Below, piece after piece: positions 29,250-38,607 of a stretch of 64,000 nt of DNA. The stretch spans positions 445,907 to 509,906 of the forward strand of contig JABHDY010000003.1 in NCBI GenBank assembly GCA_018676855.1. Reading direction: 5' to 3'. The notes under the pieces were generated by a model that worked only from the letters and a program-made list of their open reading frames with translations, had not been told where the DNA came from and did not search any database. Source of the DNA: Candidatus Woesearchaeota archaeon. GTDB taxonomy: Archaea > Nanobdellota > Nanobdellia > Woesearchaeales > GW2011-AR9. The stretch's first letter is position 1, and each line of letters opens with the position of its first letter. A program made the position numbers and the translations under genes.

Positions 29250-29729
29250 TTAAACAAAAGATCTAGACAAGCCAGTTCTCTTTATATTTTTTCTAACATT
29301 AGGTTCTTTCCTTAGTATTTTTTCTAAGATGGATCTTCTTTGATTTTCCATTCTTATCAAATCATTATAATTGTATAGTTTGATATTTTTATCTTCAGCA
29401 TATTCAATTACAGAACGTGTAAAATCCGTATTAGTAATAATCTCACCCTTCTTGGAAGATATTTTTAACAGATATAAATCTTCAAAAAATCGTTCAACAT
29501 ACCGTAATGTAACTATACTATCATTTCTATGATATTTACATTCAACGTAATGTTGGAAAGGCCAAGAACCATACATAACATCAACCTGAATTTTATTACG
29601 TTTAGTTCTTCTTCTAGGAGGAAATCTCTGATTAATCTTCATATTACTACGACCAAGATCAGAATAGAGTTGATATACATAATTTTCAAATCGTCGCCCA
29701 TTCTTATTGTTAGCACTACCAACAGTCAT
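29250..29729 (-). CDS. Mrr-like PD-(D/E)xK restriction endonuclease domain protein
   Basis: GRRFENYVYQLY...QVDV...VECKY...ITNTDFT...A pattern of Mrr_cat. Confidence 0.75.
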   Translation of the reverse strand: MTVGSANNKNGRRFENYVYQLYSDLGRSNMKINQRFPPRRRTKRNKIQVDVMYGSWPFQHYVECKYHRNDSIVTLRYVERFFEDLYLLKISSKKGEIITNTDFTRSVIEYAEDKNIKLYNYNDLIRMENQRRSILEKILRKEPNVRKNIKRTGLSRSFV

Positions 29730-29796
29730 ATCATAATGTATTCAATTAAGAAATAAAAAGGAATGTAGCAATGAAGTATAATATAAAAAATAACAA

Positions 29797-30093
29797 TTAT
29801 CCCATGACAACTTCTGCATGTGGAACTTTTTGTACGTACAAAATGTTTTGTGGGTCTATAAGATTTTGATTAATTCCAAGAGCAACAGCATGTTTTCCTG
29901 TAAGATGAAGATCGCGTGCCTTTTCACATAATGTAATTACGTCTTTTTCATCCATCTCTTCACCTTTATAGAATTCTTTTGTAAGGTCAAGTTGAACTTT
30001 TCCTTCCATAAACTTTTTCCCTAAAATATCTTTATCGGTTATTACTACCAATATTCCGTGTGGGCCACTTTTTTGTGATACTATTAACTTCAT
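29797..30093 (-). CDS. DUF424 family protein
   Basis: DKDILGKKFMEGKVQLDL...FYKGE...VPHA; ATG at 30093 overlaps the aIF2-beta stop (ATGA). Confidence 0.85.
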   Translation of the reverse strand: MKLIVSQKSGPHGILVVITDKDILGKKFMEGKVQLDLTKEFYKGEEMDEKDVITLCEKARDLHLTGKHAVALGINQNLIDPQNILYVQKVPHAEVVMG

Positions 30094-30497
30094 ATATTCT
30101 TCACCGGCTTTTTTGCACCGCACGCTTGACATTTCAAATATGTAATACCCTTTTCTTCGGTTAAGGACGTATCAGGTTTACTACATTCTGCACAGAACAC
30201 AAATTCACTCACATATTTCTTAATTTTTTTGTTAATCATTCCTGCTGACACTTTTGTTCCAAGAATAACCCTTCCACGAATAATTTTTCCAGGAGTTGCA
30301 AGTTCACGAAGAAGATATTTTAAAAGATGTGTTTCGTCCCTTTCAAGATCCTTTGCAATCTTTTTAAGGTTAACAAGGACAGTTTTGTTTCCTTCTATAT
30401 GTCCTTTGATTTTGTCAACAGTAAAACGTTCTCCACCTTTGACTTGTTCAGGAAGTTCTTCTACAGCTTTTGTCAATAAATCTTCATATGATTTCAT
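30090..30497 (-). CDS. eif2b: Translation initiation factor aIF-2 beta
   Basis: YEDLLTKA...ERF...ELATPG...CAECSKPDT...CQACGA. Confidence 0.95.
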   Translation of the reverse strand: MKSYEDLLTKAVEELPEQVKGGERFTVDKIKGHIEGNKTVLVNLKKIAKDLERDETHLLKYLLRELATPGKIIRGRVILGTKVSAGMINKKIKKYVSEFVFCAECSKPDTSLTEEKGITYLKCQACGAKKPVKNI

Positions 30498-30621
30498 TTT
30501 GATGTTACATTTCAATGAATATTTATAAATGTTTACTGGATAGGTAAATTTCCGTAACTTTTATATACTCAAGAATACTTATTCTGTCAAGAGTAAAACC
30601 AATAAAAGAGGTGCATATACA

Positions 30622-30855
30622 ATGCCTGGATTAGAATTAGCAGAAGTCATTCTTGCGGTTATCATAGGAACCCTTGCAGCAATAGTGTATTCGCTACGAG
30701 TATTAATTCTCTTAGAGAGACGTGTTGCGAGTATGGAAATGAATATTCAAAAGATGGCAGGGAAGATTATCAAAGAAGAAGTTCTTATTGAAAAAGCGCT
30801 TAAGAAACGAAAATCTTCAACAAAAAAGTCTCCTAAAAGGAGAAAAAGACGATAA
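30622..30855 (+). CDS. Small membrane protein with coiled coil and basic tail
   Basis: GAGGTG RBS upstream; TM helix, coiled coil, KKRKSSTKKSPKRRKRR tail. Confidence 0.75.
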   Translation: MPGLELAEVILAVIIGTLAAIVYSLRVLILLERRVASMEMNIQKMAGKIIKEEVLIEKALKKRKSSTKKSPKRRKRR

Positions 30856-30885
30856 CAACTAAGTAAGAATTGAAATTTTTATTTT

Positions 30886-31596
30886 TTATTTTTTCTTCAC
30901 TATTTTTTTAGCAGGTTTTTTCACAACTTTTTTCTTCACCACTAATTTCTTTTTCACAACTTTTTTAGGTTTTGACGTTTTTGTAGTTTTAACTACCTTT
31001 TTTTTCACAACTTTCTTCTTAACAGCAACTTTTTTCTTAACAACTTTCTTTCGTTCAGTAACAACTTTACGACGCACTTTCCTTTGTTCTATTAACTTTT
31101 TAATTTCTGCCTGTACCAACACAATATTTTTTTGTAACGATTTAATCATGTCTTTCTTTTGATCTTGATGAATAAGTTCACCACATTCAGGACAATGAAA
31201 CTCAAAATCTGCAGATTGATCAAAATTTAGCCGTACACATTTATTAGGGCATATAAAAAACAATTCTCTTTGTTCTTCTTCAAGTCGATGTTGCATTCTT
31301 TCAAGGTGGTCCCTTCTCATTTTGAAATAACTGAACTTAATACTTTCGGGAAGAAGTGTCCAATAATAAATATACCATCCTTTTTGTTTATCTTTTTTTC
31401 GTGTAAACCCAACAAGGTTATGGTTATACAAATTGTATAATAATCGCCGAACAATTTTAATATCTTTTTTCGTTTTATTTGCTAAATCAAACTCAGAAAT
31501 GTTTTCTTTTCCTATTAGATAACGAACAAGTGATCGACCTTCTTCTCCAAGTATCATAACAAGAATTTCTTCAGTTTTTTTTGTAGTTAGGCGCAT
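30886..31596 (-). CDS. tfe: Transcription factor E alpha with a long Lys/Val-rich C-terminal tail
   Basis: wH VRRLLYNLYNHNLV...KKDKQKGWYIYYW; Zn ribbon CPNKC...FHCPECG. Confidence 0.92.
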   Translation of the reverse strand: MRLTTKKTEEILVMILGEEGRSLVRYLIGKENISEFDLANKTKKDIKIVRRLLYNLYNHNLVGFTRKKDKQKGWYIYYWTLLPESIKFSYFKMRRDHLERMQHRLEEEQRELFFICPNKCVRLNFDQSADFEFHCPECGELIHQDQKKDMIKSLQKNIVLVQAEIKKLIEQRKVRRKVVTERKKVVKKKVAVKKKVVKKKVVKTTKTSKPKKVVKKKLVVKKKVVKKPAKKIVKKK

Positions 31597-31625
31597 TTGT
31601 GTTGTATTTATGAATATCCTGTCTT

Positions 31626-32039
31626 TTAAATGTTTCGGTTTTTGTTACTCATTTGAAGTAATTCTTCAGTTGTGAGACCTTTTAGTCGTGCCATTTCTAC
31701 CGATGCGAGCCAATTTTTACCTGTATCTTTAAGATCTTCTAACATAAGAAAATACCATGGATCATTTGGAAATTTAACTCCAACCCACGATTCTGAACCA
31801 AAATTTTGTGAAAATGTATTCAACTGGTCAATTTCTTGATTCGTGAAATACTTTTTTGCATCTTTGGTTACTTTACATTCAATTGCAAGCCGTCTGATAG
31901 CATTCCCTGCCAAGATGTCAGGCGAAGGATATCTTGATGAACCAGACCCAGCTATTCTAATACAGCCCCATCCAGCTTCGTTAAACGCTTTTACTAATTC
32001 TCTTTCACCCTTTGAACCTTTTGCTTTATGATTTTTCAT
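31626..32039 (-). CDS. hjc: Holliday junction resolvase Hjc
   Basis: KGSKGERELV...RIAGSG...PDILAG...AIECK. Confidence 0.95.
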   Translation of the reverse strand: MKNHKAKGSKGERELVKAFNEAGWGCIRIAGSGSSRYPSPDILAGNAIRRLAIECKVTKDAKKYFTNQEIDQLNTFSQNFGSESWVGVKFPNDPWYFLMLEDLKDTGKNWLASVEMARLKGLTTEELLQMSNKNRNI

Positions 32040-32050
32040 AGTAGAACTAA

Positions 32051-32941
32051 TTATACTTCCAATTTCATAAAATCTTCTGCAACTATAGCATTATCAAAAT
32101 ATGTACGTGCTTCTGAAACAATTTCGTGCGTGCTTTTATATCGTGGACTTATATGTGTTATCACCAATTTCTTTACATTATTTTCTGACGCTATTAATGC
32201 GGCATCCTTAACCGTTAGGTGCATATATTTACCAACTTTCTTTTTAATGTCACTTAAATGCGTTCCTTCAGAAATTAACATATCGGCATTCTCTGCAAGT
32301 TTATGAGCGCCATTACATACAACAGTATCGGCAATGTAACTTACTTTTTTACCCTCTACTTCGTACGTCACATCTTCCGATTTAATCTTTTTTCCCTGAA
32401 TGACAATATCTTTTCCTTGTTGTAACGTACCAAGAACGGGACCTGACAATCCTAATTTTTTTGCTTTTGCAACATTAATTCTAAACTTACTTTTTTCAAT
32501 AAAGCTGAAGCCGACACAGGGCGTTGAATGTTGTAGCGGTTCAGCAAGTAACACAAATTCATCATTTTCAAAGAATATGCCAGACGATACTTCCTTAACT
32601 TCATATGGAATAATATCTTTTGCAGCAAACGATTTAAGCATATGTTCAATAAACTTTTTACTTCCTTTAGGACCATAAATATACAATTTCTTTGCAAATT
32701 GGTCAGCACCCATACTGCTCATCAATCCTGGAATGCCAAATACATGATCTCCATGCCAATGGCTAATACATAATCGTGTAATCTTAGCCGGTTTAATACC
32801 TGTAAGACGCATCTGCCTTTGAACACCTTCCCCACAATCAAACAAAATATTTTCTTTCTTATATTGAAGAAGAAAACTCGAATGATTACGTTTCTTTGTG
32901 GGTTGCATGCATGACGTTCCTAAAAAAGTAATGTTAATCAT
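32051..32941 (-). CDS. rnz: Ribonuclease Z
   Basis: FLGTS...PTKKRN, DCGEGVQRQ, SHWHGDH, HISPRY. Confidence 0.95.
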   Translation of the reverse strand: MINITFLGTSCMQPTKKRNHSSFLLQYKKENILFDCGEGVQRQMRLTGIKPAKITRLCISHWHGDHVFGIPGLMSSMGADQFAKKLYIYGPKGSKKFIEHMLKSFAAKDIIPYEVKEVSSGIFFENDEFVLLAEPLQHSTPCVGFSFIEKSKFRINVAKAKKLGLSGPVLGTLQQGKDIVIQGKKIKSEDVTYEVEGKKVSYIADTVVCNGAHKLAENADMLISEGTHLSDIKKKVGKYMHLTVKDAALIASENNVKKLVITHISPRYKSTHEIVSEARTYFDNAIVAEDFMKLEV

Positions 32942-33572
32942 TGATGACACCTTCCAATTGTTGTAATTTTTGTATTTTTAATGGATACTCACGAGAGTTC
33001 TTACGATCAATAAGGACACTTTTAATACCAATTTTTTGTGCAGGTATCATGTCACTTTGAATACTGTCTCCAATAATAACACAATCTTCAACTTCAACAT
33101 TAACTTCTGAAACAACATGTTTAAGAAAATTTGAATCGGTTTTAATCATCCCAACTTTATATGATAAAAATATTGTATCAAAAAAATCGCGCAATTCAAA
33201 TTTGTCCAACACGTTTTCGATAGAAAATGAATCAGTGTTGGAGATAAGAACAAGAGAATATTTTTCTTTCAGTTTTGTAAGTGTATCTTTGACTTCTTGG
33301 TATGGTTGTGCCAACATCCAAGATGAATTCCACATTCCTACAAGGGCTTCAATTCTCTCTTTATTTGGTTCAATAGAAAATTCTTTACACACACTTTCAA
33401 ACGCTTCTTTGAGAGATGAAAATTTTTCTGTCATCATTGCACGTTCCATCCTAACAACATATTCTGGAAACGGTAACCGTATTTGAAGCATGTTCCGTAC
33501 CTGTTTTATGGGACTCCATACGCCGTTCTCTACAAGAGTTCCCCAAAAATCGAATAATATTACTTTTTTCAT
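32934..33572 (-). CDS. HAD-superfamily hydrolase
   Basis: FDFWGTL, ISNT, IGDSIQSD; the second Asp of motif I is replaced by Trp. Confidence 0.85.
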   Translation of the reverse strand: MKKVILFDFWGTLVENGVWSPIKQVRNMLQIRLPFPEYVVRMERAMMTEKFSSLKEAFESVCKEFSIEPNKERIEALVGMWNSSWMLAQPYQEVKDTLTKLKEKYSLVLISNTDSFSIENVLDKFELRDFFDTIFLSYKVGMIKTDSNFLKHVVSEVNVEVEDCVIIGDSIQSDMIPAQKIGIKSVLIDRKNSREYPLKIQKLQQLEGVIND

Positions 33573-33687
33573 TACGTTTCCCCTACAAAGACCATTATGC
33601 TTCGTTTATATATATTTTACTGAATGAGAATAATTATAATCTGGTGATGGTTCTTCTCACAAATAAGTATTATTGAGGTATATTACA

Positions 33688-34041
33688 ATGAAATTAGAAC
33701 AACGAAGAGAAGTGGTTGCAAATATTGCACGAAGTTTAGAAAATGCAGGATATCGTACAGCTGATCCAGCAGGGTACAGTACAAAAGCTTTAGATCATTC
33801 AGGTATTGGAATTCTTGGAGTTAAAGAGGGTAGACAATTTTTTCATATAGGGACATTATGGATGAATAATGAAAGTCGTGGAGCAACAAGAGATGAACGG
33901 TGGGTCTTAGAAGTGTTTGGCGACGATTATAGGCCTCATTTAGAAGATATTACTGCTCCATTTAGAACACAGTACGATGTTACTATTGATACAACAATAA
34001 AAGACCAACAACCACGACCTGAAAAAAGGCTTCGTTACTAA
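33688..34041 (+). CDS. Hypothetical protein
   Basis: ORF with GAGGT RBS before ATG 33688; no family recognised. Confidence 0.7.
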   Translation: MKLEQRREVVANIARSLENAGYRTADPAGYSTKALDHSGIGILGVKEGRQFFHIGTLWMNNESRGATRDERWVLEVFGDDYRPHLEDITAPFRTQYDVTIDTTIKDQQPRPEKRLRY

Positions 34042-34079
34042 CCATTAAATATATATAATATATGTACTCTTTCATAGCC

Positions 34080-35153
34080 ATGACGCCAAAAGAAAAGCTC
34101 GAAATAATCAAAGAAGTTGGTGAAGAAATTCTTACTGAAGATGAACTTCTTACACTTCTTACAAAGAAAAAAAAGTTAGTTGCATACGACGGGTTTGAAC
34201 CGTCTGGAAGAATTCATATTGCACAAGGACTTTTACGAGCAATTAACATTAATAAATTAGTACAAGCAGGAATTACGTTCAAAATGCTTGTTGCTGATTG
34301 GCACGGCTGGGCCAACAATAAAATGGGTGGCGATTTAGATAAGATTCAAACTGTGGGTAAATATTTTATTGAAGTGTGGAAAGCGTGCGGTCTTGATACC
34401 AAAAACGTCGAATTTATTTGGGCAAGCGATTTATTGAATAACAGAGAATATTGGAAAACTGTTATGAGTGTTGCTCGCCATAGTACGCTTAACCGTATCC
34501 TTAGAACTACACAAATTATGGGTAGAACAGAAAAAGATACTTTACAAGCATCACACATTTTTTATCCGTGCATGCAAACAGCAGACATTTTTCATCTTAA
34601 AGCCGACATTTGTCAGTTAGGTCTTGATCAACGAAAAGTTAATGTTCTTGCACGAGAATTAGGTCCTAAGTTAGGGTTCTGGAAACCTATTGCTGTGCAT
34701 CATCATATGTTAATGGGATTAACAGAACCAAAAACTGGCGGCGATACTGTTGACAGAGCAATTGCCATGAAAATGTCCAAATCTAATCCTAACTCAGCAA
34801 TATTTATGACAGATTCTGAAGATGATATTAATAAGAAAATGAGAAAAGCGTATTGCCCTGAGAAGCAAGCAGACGATAATCCTATACTTGAATATTGTAA
34901 ATATATAATTTTTGAAAAGTTTGACACATTTACTATTGAGAGGCCAGATAAGTTTGGTGGTAACGTATCATTTTCATCATATGCTGAACTTGAAAAAGCG
35001 TTCGTTGCAGGAGATGTTCATCCAGCAGATCTTAAAAATTCTGCTGCAGAATATATTAATATGATTTTGGTCCCTGTACGAAAACATTTTGAAACGAACA
35101 AAAATGCAAAGAAACTTAAAGATTTGGTTGAAAGTTATCAAGTAACGAGATGA
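34080..35153 (+). CDS. tyrS: Tyrosyl-tRNA synthetase
   Basis: YDGFEPSGRIHIAQG, YPCMQTADIF, GLDQRKVN, KMSKS. Confidence 0.97.
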   Translation: MTPKEKLEIIKEVGEEILTEDELLTLLTKKKKLVAYDGFEPSGRIHIAQGLLRAININKLVQAGITFKMLVADWHGWANNKMGGDLDKIQTVGKYFIEVWKACGLDTKNVEFIWASDLLNNREYWKTVMSVARHSTLNRILRTTQIMGRTEKDTLQASHIFYPCMQTADIFHLKADICQLGLDQRKVNVLARELGPKLGFWKPIAVHHHMLMGLTEPKTGGDTVDRAIAMKMSKSNPNSAIFMTDSEDDINKKMRKAYCPEKQADDNPILEYCKYIIFEKFDTFTIERPDKFGGNVSFSSYAELEKAFVAGDVHPADLKNSAAEYINMILVPVRKHFETNKNAKKLKDLVESYQVTR

Positions 35154-35154
35154 T

Positions 35155-36357
35155 TTATTTCCCTTCCAAAACAGTCATTGTATATTTGTTAAAATACTTC
35201 TTTACAACACGCCGAATATCGCTCAAAGAAACGTTCTTAACATTCTTGAGAAACATGTTCATTAAATCTACACTTTGCACATGATCCCAGAATAATAGTT
35301 GATCAGCAACCTTTTGATTATCTTCAATTTCAAGCAAGTAATTACCTTCAATATAATCTTTCGCTTCCTTAAGTTCTTGTGCTGTCGTATTCTTCAATTT
35401 TTGCATTTCCGCAAGAATTATGTTCTTAACGTTAATTATATTTTTTTTATCAATAGTTGCGTAGATAGCAAAATATCCAAAACTGGTATCAATAACGTTC
35501 TGTGTTCCAACGTCGTACGCAAGACCTTTCGTACTTCGAATTTCAATAAACATTTTACCACTTTGTCCACGGCCAAGAATACTATGAATAACATCAAGAA
35601 CATAACTATCTTTATGATTTCGCGGAATTGTTTTAAATCCAAGAATCATGTATGTATTCACAATATTTTTCTTTTCCCTTCGAACAGTATTACGTGTTGC
35701 GCGAGGTTCTATAACCCTTTTCAATACACTTTTCTTTCCCGACTTTATAGAAAACGATTTTTCCATTAATGTTTTCCATTGCGGTACATTTCCTACAATA
35801 GAAACGGCTATATTTTCAGGAACGTAATTTTGTGTAAAGTAATCAATAATTTTTGTTCGTGTAAGATTTTTGATAACATTTCTTTTTCCATACGTGGGAT
35901 TTTTTGCAGGATGTTTCGTAAATATATTCTTTTGGAACAGAACCCATTGGTAATAGTTTGGTTCGTCATGGACCATATCAATTTCCTTAAGAACAATTTT
36001 CTTTTCCTTTGCAATATTTTCTTCAGAAAAAAGTGAATTTTGAAGAATGTCAGATAAAACGTCTACGGCCTTTCCAAAATGTTTCTGTAATACTTTGATA
36101 TAATAACATGTTCTTGAATTTGTTGTATATGCGTTAAACTCTCCACCAATTTTTTCAATTTCGTTTGAGATTAATTGGTTCGTTGGTCGTTTTTTTGTTC
36201 CTTCAAATAATATATGTTCAATAAAATGAGATATACCCTCTTCACCATTCTTTTCGTTATTACTTCCTACTTTAACCATAACTTGGATAACAACACTATT
36301 ACCCGTTTCTTTTTTGTACAATACGGTTAAACCGTTCTTCAACCTCACTTTTTGCAT
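35155..36357 (-). CDS. M16 (pitrilysin-like) zinc peptidase
   Basis: HFIEH inverted zinc motif, NAYT, R...KGLAY; start MQKVRLKNG at 36357. Confidence 0.92.
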   Translation of the reverse strand: MQKVRLKNGLTVLYKKETGNSVVIQVMVKVGSNNEKNGEEGISHFIEHILFEGTKKRPTNQLISNEIEKIGGEFNAYTTNSRTCYYIKVLQKHFGKAVDVLSDILQNSLFSEENIAKEKKIVLKEIDMVHDEPNYYQWVLFQKNIFTKHPAKNPTYGKRNVIKNLTRTKIIDYFTQNYVPENIAVSIVGNVPQWKTLMEKSFSIKSGKKSVLKRVIEPRATRNTVRREKKNIVNTYMILGFKTIPRNHKDSYVLDVIHSILGRGQSGKMFIEIRSTKGLAYDVGTQNVIDTSFGYFAIYATIDKKNIINVKNIILAEMQKLKNTTAQELKEAKDYIEGNYLLEIEDNQKVADQLLFWDHVQSVDLMNMFLKNVKNVSLSDIRRVVKKYFNKYTMTVLEGK

Positions 36358-36434
36358 AGAAGAAGTATATTTTTGGGGTTTATAATGGTTATGGAGGAAA
36401 TATTTTAATACTCTTCCATACTTTACGACATACA

Positions 36435-37496
36435 ATGAAATTACACGAGTTTCAAAAGTCTCTACGGAAGAATGGAATACACCTCGCAATTTTTGTTCAT
36501 CCTGATCCAATGATACGGTACTTTACACAGAAAGAGTTTTCAAATGCACTTCTTGTCATAACACCGCGTAATGCAACATTGTTCATGACTGCACTCGATA
36601 AAAAACCACACATATCTGGAATTGATGTTAAAGAATTGTCTAAGGGCTGGGAAAAGACTATCAAAACTAAAAATGTATCAAAAGTAGGTATTCATAAGAA
36701 AGAAATGTCTGTCCAATTTTATGATAAAATCAAAAAAATCTTCACAAAAACACAATTCGTTGACGTTTCTTCTTCCCTATACACGTTACGTCAACAAAAA
36801 ACATCACAAGAAATTGCTGCTATACGAAAAGCATGTTCCATTACTGATACAGTGTTTAACGATGTTGTTACTGAACTTAAAAAAGGTACATTACGTACAG
36901 AGAGAGATGTTGCACTCTTTATGGATACAAGAATGAGAAACAATGGTGTAGAACCAGCATTTCCTACCATTGTTGCTATGGGAAAGAATGCTGCAATTCC
37001 TCACCATACTCCGTCAACGGCGTCTCTTTCAAGAGGATTTTTATTATTGGACTTTGGTGCTCGATATAAAGGATATTGTGCTGACATGTCAAGAACCATG
37101 TTCTTAGGCACTATCACAAATAAAGAAAAGAAGCATTATGATCAACTATTGTGCTGTCAAGAGAAAACAATTTGTCATATAGATACCTGTTCTACATTTC
37201 ATGAACTTGACGCATTTGCAAGGAAAGAATTGGATACTAATGCACAGTATTTTGTTCATTCGCTTGGTCACGGTCTCGGTATGGAAATTCATGAGCACCC
37301 TGTATATTCTGATAAACGAACAAAAATCGAACATAATATGGTTTTTACTGTTGAACCTGGTGTTTACTTTCCTCAACAGTATGGGTTACGAATTGAAGAT
37401 ACTATCCTCTTTAACGGTAAGGCAAAAGTTCTTACAAAATCTTCTAAGAAATTGATATGTATCTCATCTACAAAAATAAGAACCAAAGATTTTTAA
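36435..37496 (+). CDS. Xaa-Pro aminopeptidase (M24)
   Basis: DFGARYKGYCADMSRT, HSLGHGLGMEIHE, TVEPGVY, GLRIED. Confidence 0.93.
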   Translation: MKLHEFQKSLRKNGIHLAIFVHPDPMIRYFTQKEFSNALLVITPRNATLFMTALDKKPHISGIDVKELSKGWEKTIKTKNVSKVGIHKKEMSVQFYDKIKKIFTKTQFVDVSSSLYTLRQQKTSQEIAAIRKACSITDTVFNDVVTELKKGTLRTERDVALFMDTRMRNNGVEPAFPTIVAMGKNAAIPHHTPSTASLSRGFLLLDFGARYKGYCADMSRTMFLGTITNKEKKHYDQLLCCQEKTICHIDTCSTFHELDAFARKELDTNAQYFVHSLGHGLGMEIHEHPVYSDKRTKIEHNMVFTVEPGVYFPQQYGLRIEDTILFNGKAKVLTKSSKKLICISSTKIRTKDF

Positions 37497-37545
37497 AATA
37501 GGCACATTTTACTACAATTTAGCATAACCTTTATAAATGGAGTAT

Positions 37546-37654
37546 GGAGCTGTAGTGTAGCTTGGAAAAATTCGAACATGTTTCGTTCATTTTGAGCAAT
37601 CTATCACTAGCGGTTTGGGACCGCTGAACCCCAGTTCGAATCTGGGCAGCCCCA
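37546..37654 (+). tRNA. tRNA-Pro(TGG) with a 34-nt D-loop intron (37566-37599)
   Basis: Acceptor GGAGCTG/CAGCCCC+A; anticodon arm AGCGG-TT TGG GA-CCGCT; T arm CCCAG-TTCGAAT-CTGGG; BHB-type motif GCTT/GAGC with GGA and AAT bulges. Confidence 0.9.
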
Positions 37655-37681
37655 CTTTTATTATTAAAGAGACATCAAAAA

Positions 37682-37873
37682 ATGCCAACAAAACGTTTTG
37701 GAGCACGGTACGGTCGAAAGCCAAAGACAAAGCTGAAGAAGATTGAAAAACAGCAGAGTGGACACCATAAATGTCCTGAATGTCTTAAAATTTCTGTAAA
37801 ACGACAAGCGTTAGGCATTTGGCACTGCAAAAAATGTGGTGTAACGTTCGCTGGGAAAGCGTATACTTTGTGA
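37682..37873 (+). CDS. rpl37ae: Ribosomal protein eL43 (L37Ae)
   Basis: RFGARYG...CPEC...GIWHCKKCGVTFAGKAY. Confidence 0.95.
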   Translation: MPTKRFGARYGRKPKTKLKKIEKQQSGHHKCPECLKISVKRQALGIWHCKKCGVTFAGKAYTL

Positions 37874-37887
37874 GGATTTTATTAAAA

Positions 37888-38022
37888 ATGTATTATCTCT
37901 GTTTTGAATGCGGAAAGAAAGTTGATGAAGAGTATACTGCAACAAAAATAAGGTGTCCTTATTGTGGTGGTAAAGTTTTATACAAAGATCGACGAACCGT
38001 GAACAAAATCAAAGCACGATAA
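37888..38022 (+). CDS. rpoP: RNA polymerase subunit Rpo12 (P)
   Basis: YLCFECGK...IRCPYCGGKVLYKDR...IKAR; conserved position after rpl37ae. Confidence 0.93.
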   Translation: MYYLCFECGKKVDEEYTATKIRCPYCGGKVLYKDRRTVNKIKAR

Positions 38023-38040
38023 ATATTTTTCTTATGAAAA

Positions 38041-38364
38041 ATGAGTTCAACAAACGCTAATCAATTACAGATTATTAAACAGAACATAGAGTCTCTCCTT
38101 CTTCAACGACAACAATTAGAATCACAGTTAACCGAACTTACATCAGCTCTTACTGAACTTTCTGAAACGTCTCAATCATACAAAATAATTGGCAAAATTA
38201 TGGTTGCATCATCAAAAGATACTCTTCGTAAGGACATTGAACAGAAAAAAGAAGTTATTGAGATTCGTATTAAGAACATTATACAACAAGAAGAAAAATT
38301 GAAGCAAAACATGGACACTATTCAAAAAGAAGCAGTCAAAGAGTTTCAAGAAAAACAAGAATAA
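38041..38364 (+). CDS. pfdB: Prefoldin beta subunit
   Basis: Coiled coil - YKIIGKIMV hairpin - coiled coil; typical gene context. Confidence 0.9.
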   Translation: MSSTNANQLQIIKQNIESLLLQRQQLESQLTELTSALTELSETSQSYKIIGKIMVASSKDTLRKDIEQKKEVIEIRIKNIIQQEEKLKQNMDTIQKEAVKEFQEKQE

Positions 38365-38606
38365 TGATAAGTCAACAAGTTCAAGAAATTGTAGAGTATT
38401 TAACAGATTTATCACAAGATAACGATATGGGCAAACGTTTTAAAGAAAAAGCGGAACGGGTCATAACAATCTTAACAAGCAATATTCCTCTTGCTGTTGA
38501 AAAATCGTTACATGAATTGGAAGAACTTAATTCTTCTGACGTTCCATCATATTGTAGAACACAATTATGGGACGTTGTAAGTATGTTAGAAAGTATAAAA
38601 CAATAA
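38364..38606 (+). CDS. UPF0147 family protein
   Basis: LEELNSSDVPSYCRTQLWDVVSMLESI. Confidence 0.8.
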   Translation: MISQQVQEIVEYLTDLSQDNDMGKRFKEKAERVITILTSNIPLAVEKSLHELEELNSSDVPSYCRTQLWDVVSMLESIKQ

Positions 38607-38607
38607 T

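Noticed and set aside
36358-36510. N-terminal extension of the M16 peptidase overlapping the M24 gene
   Set aside because: Family-like sequence begins at MQKVRLKNG (36357); the extension spans the divergent promoter region
37682-37873. Short eL43 as a pseudogene
   Set aside because: The Zn-finger core is complete and the operon context intact; only the C-terminal helix is missing
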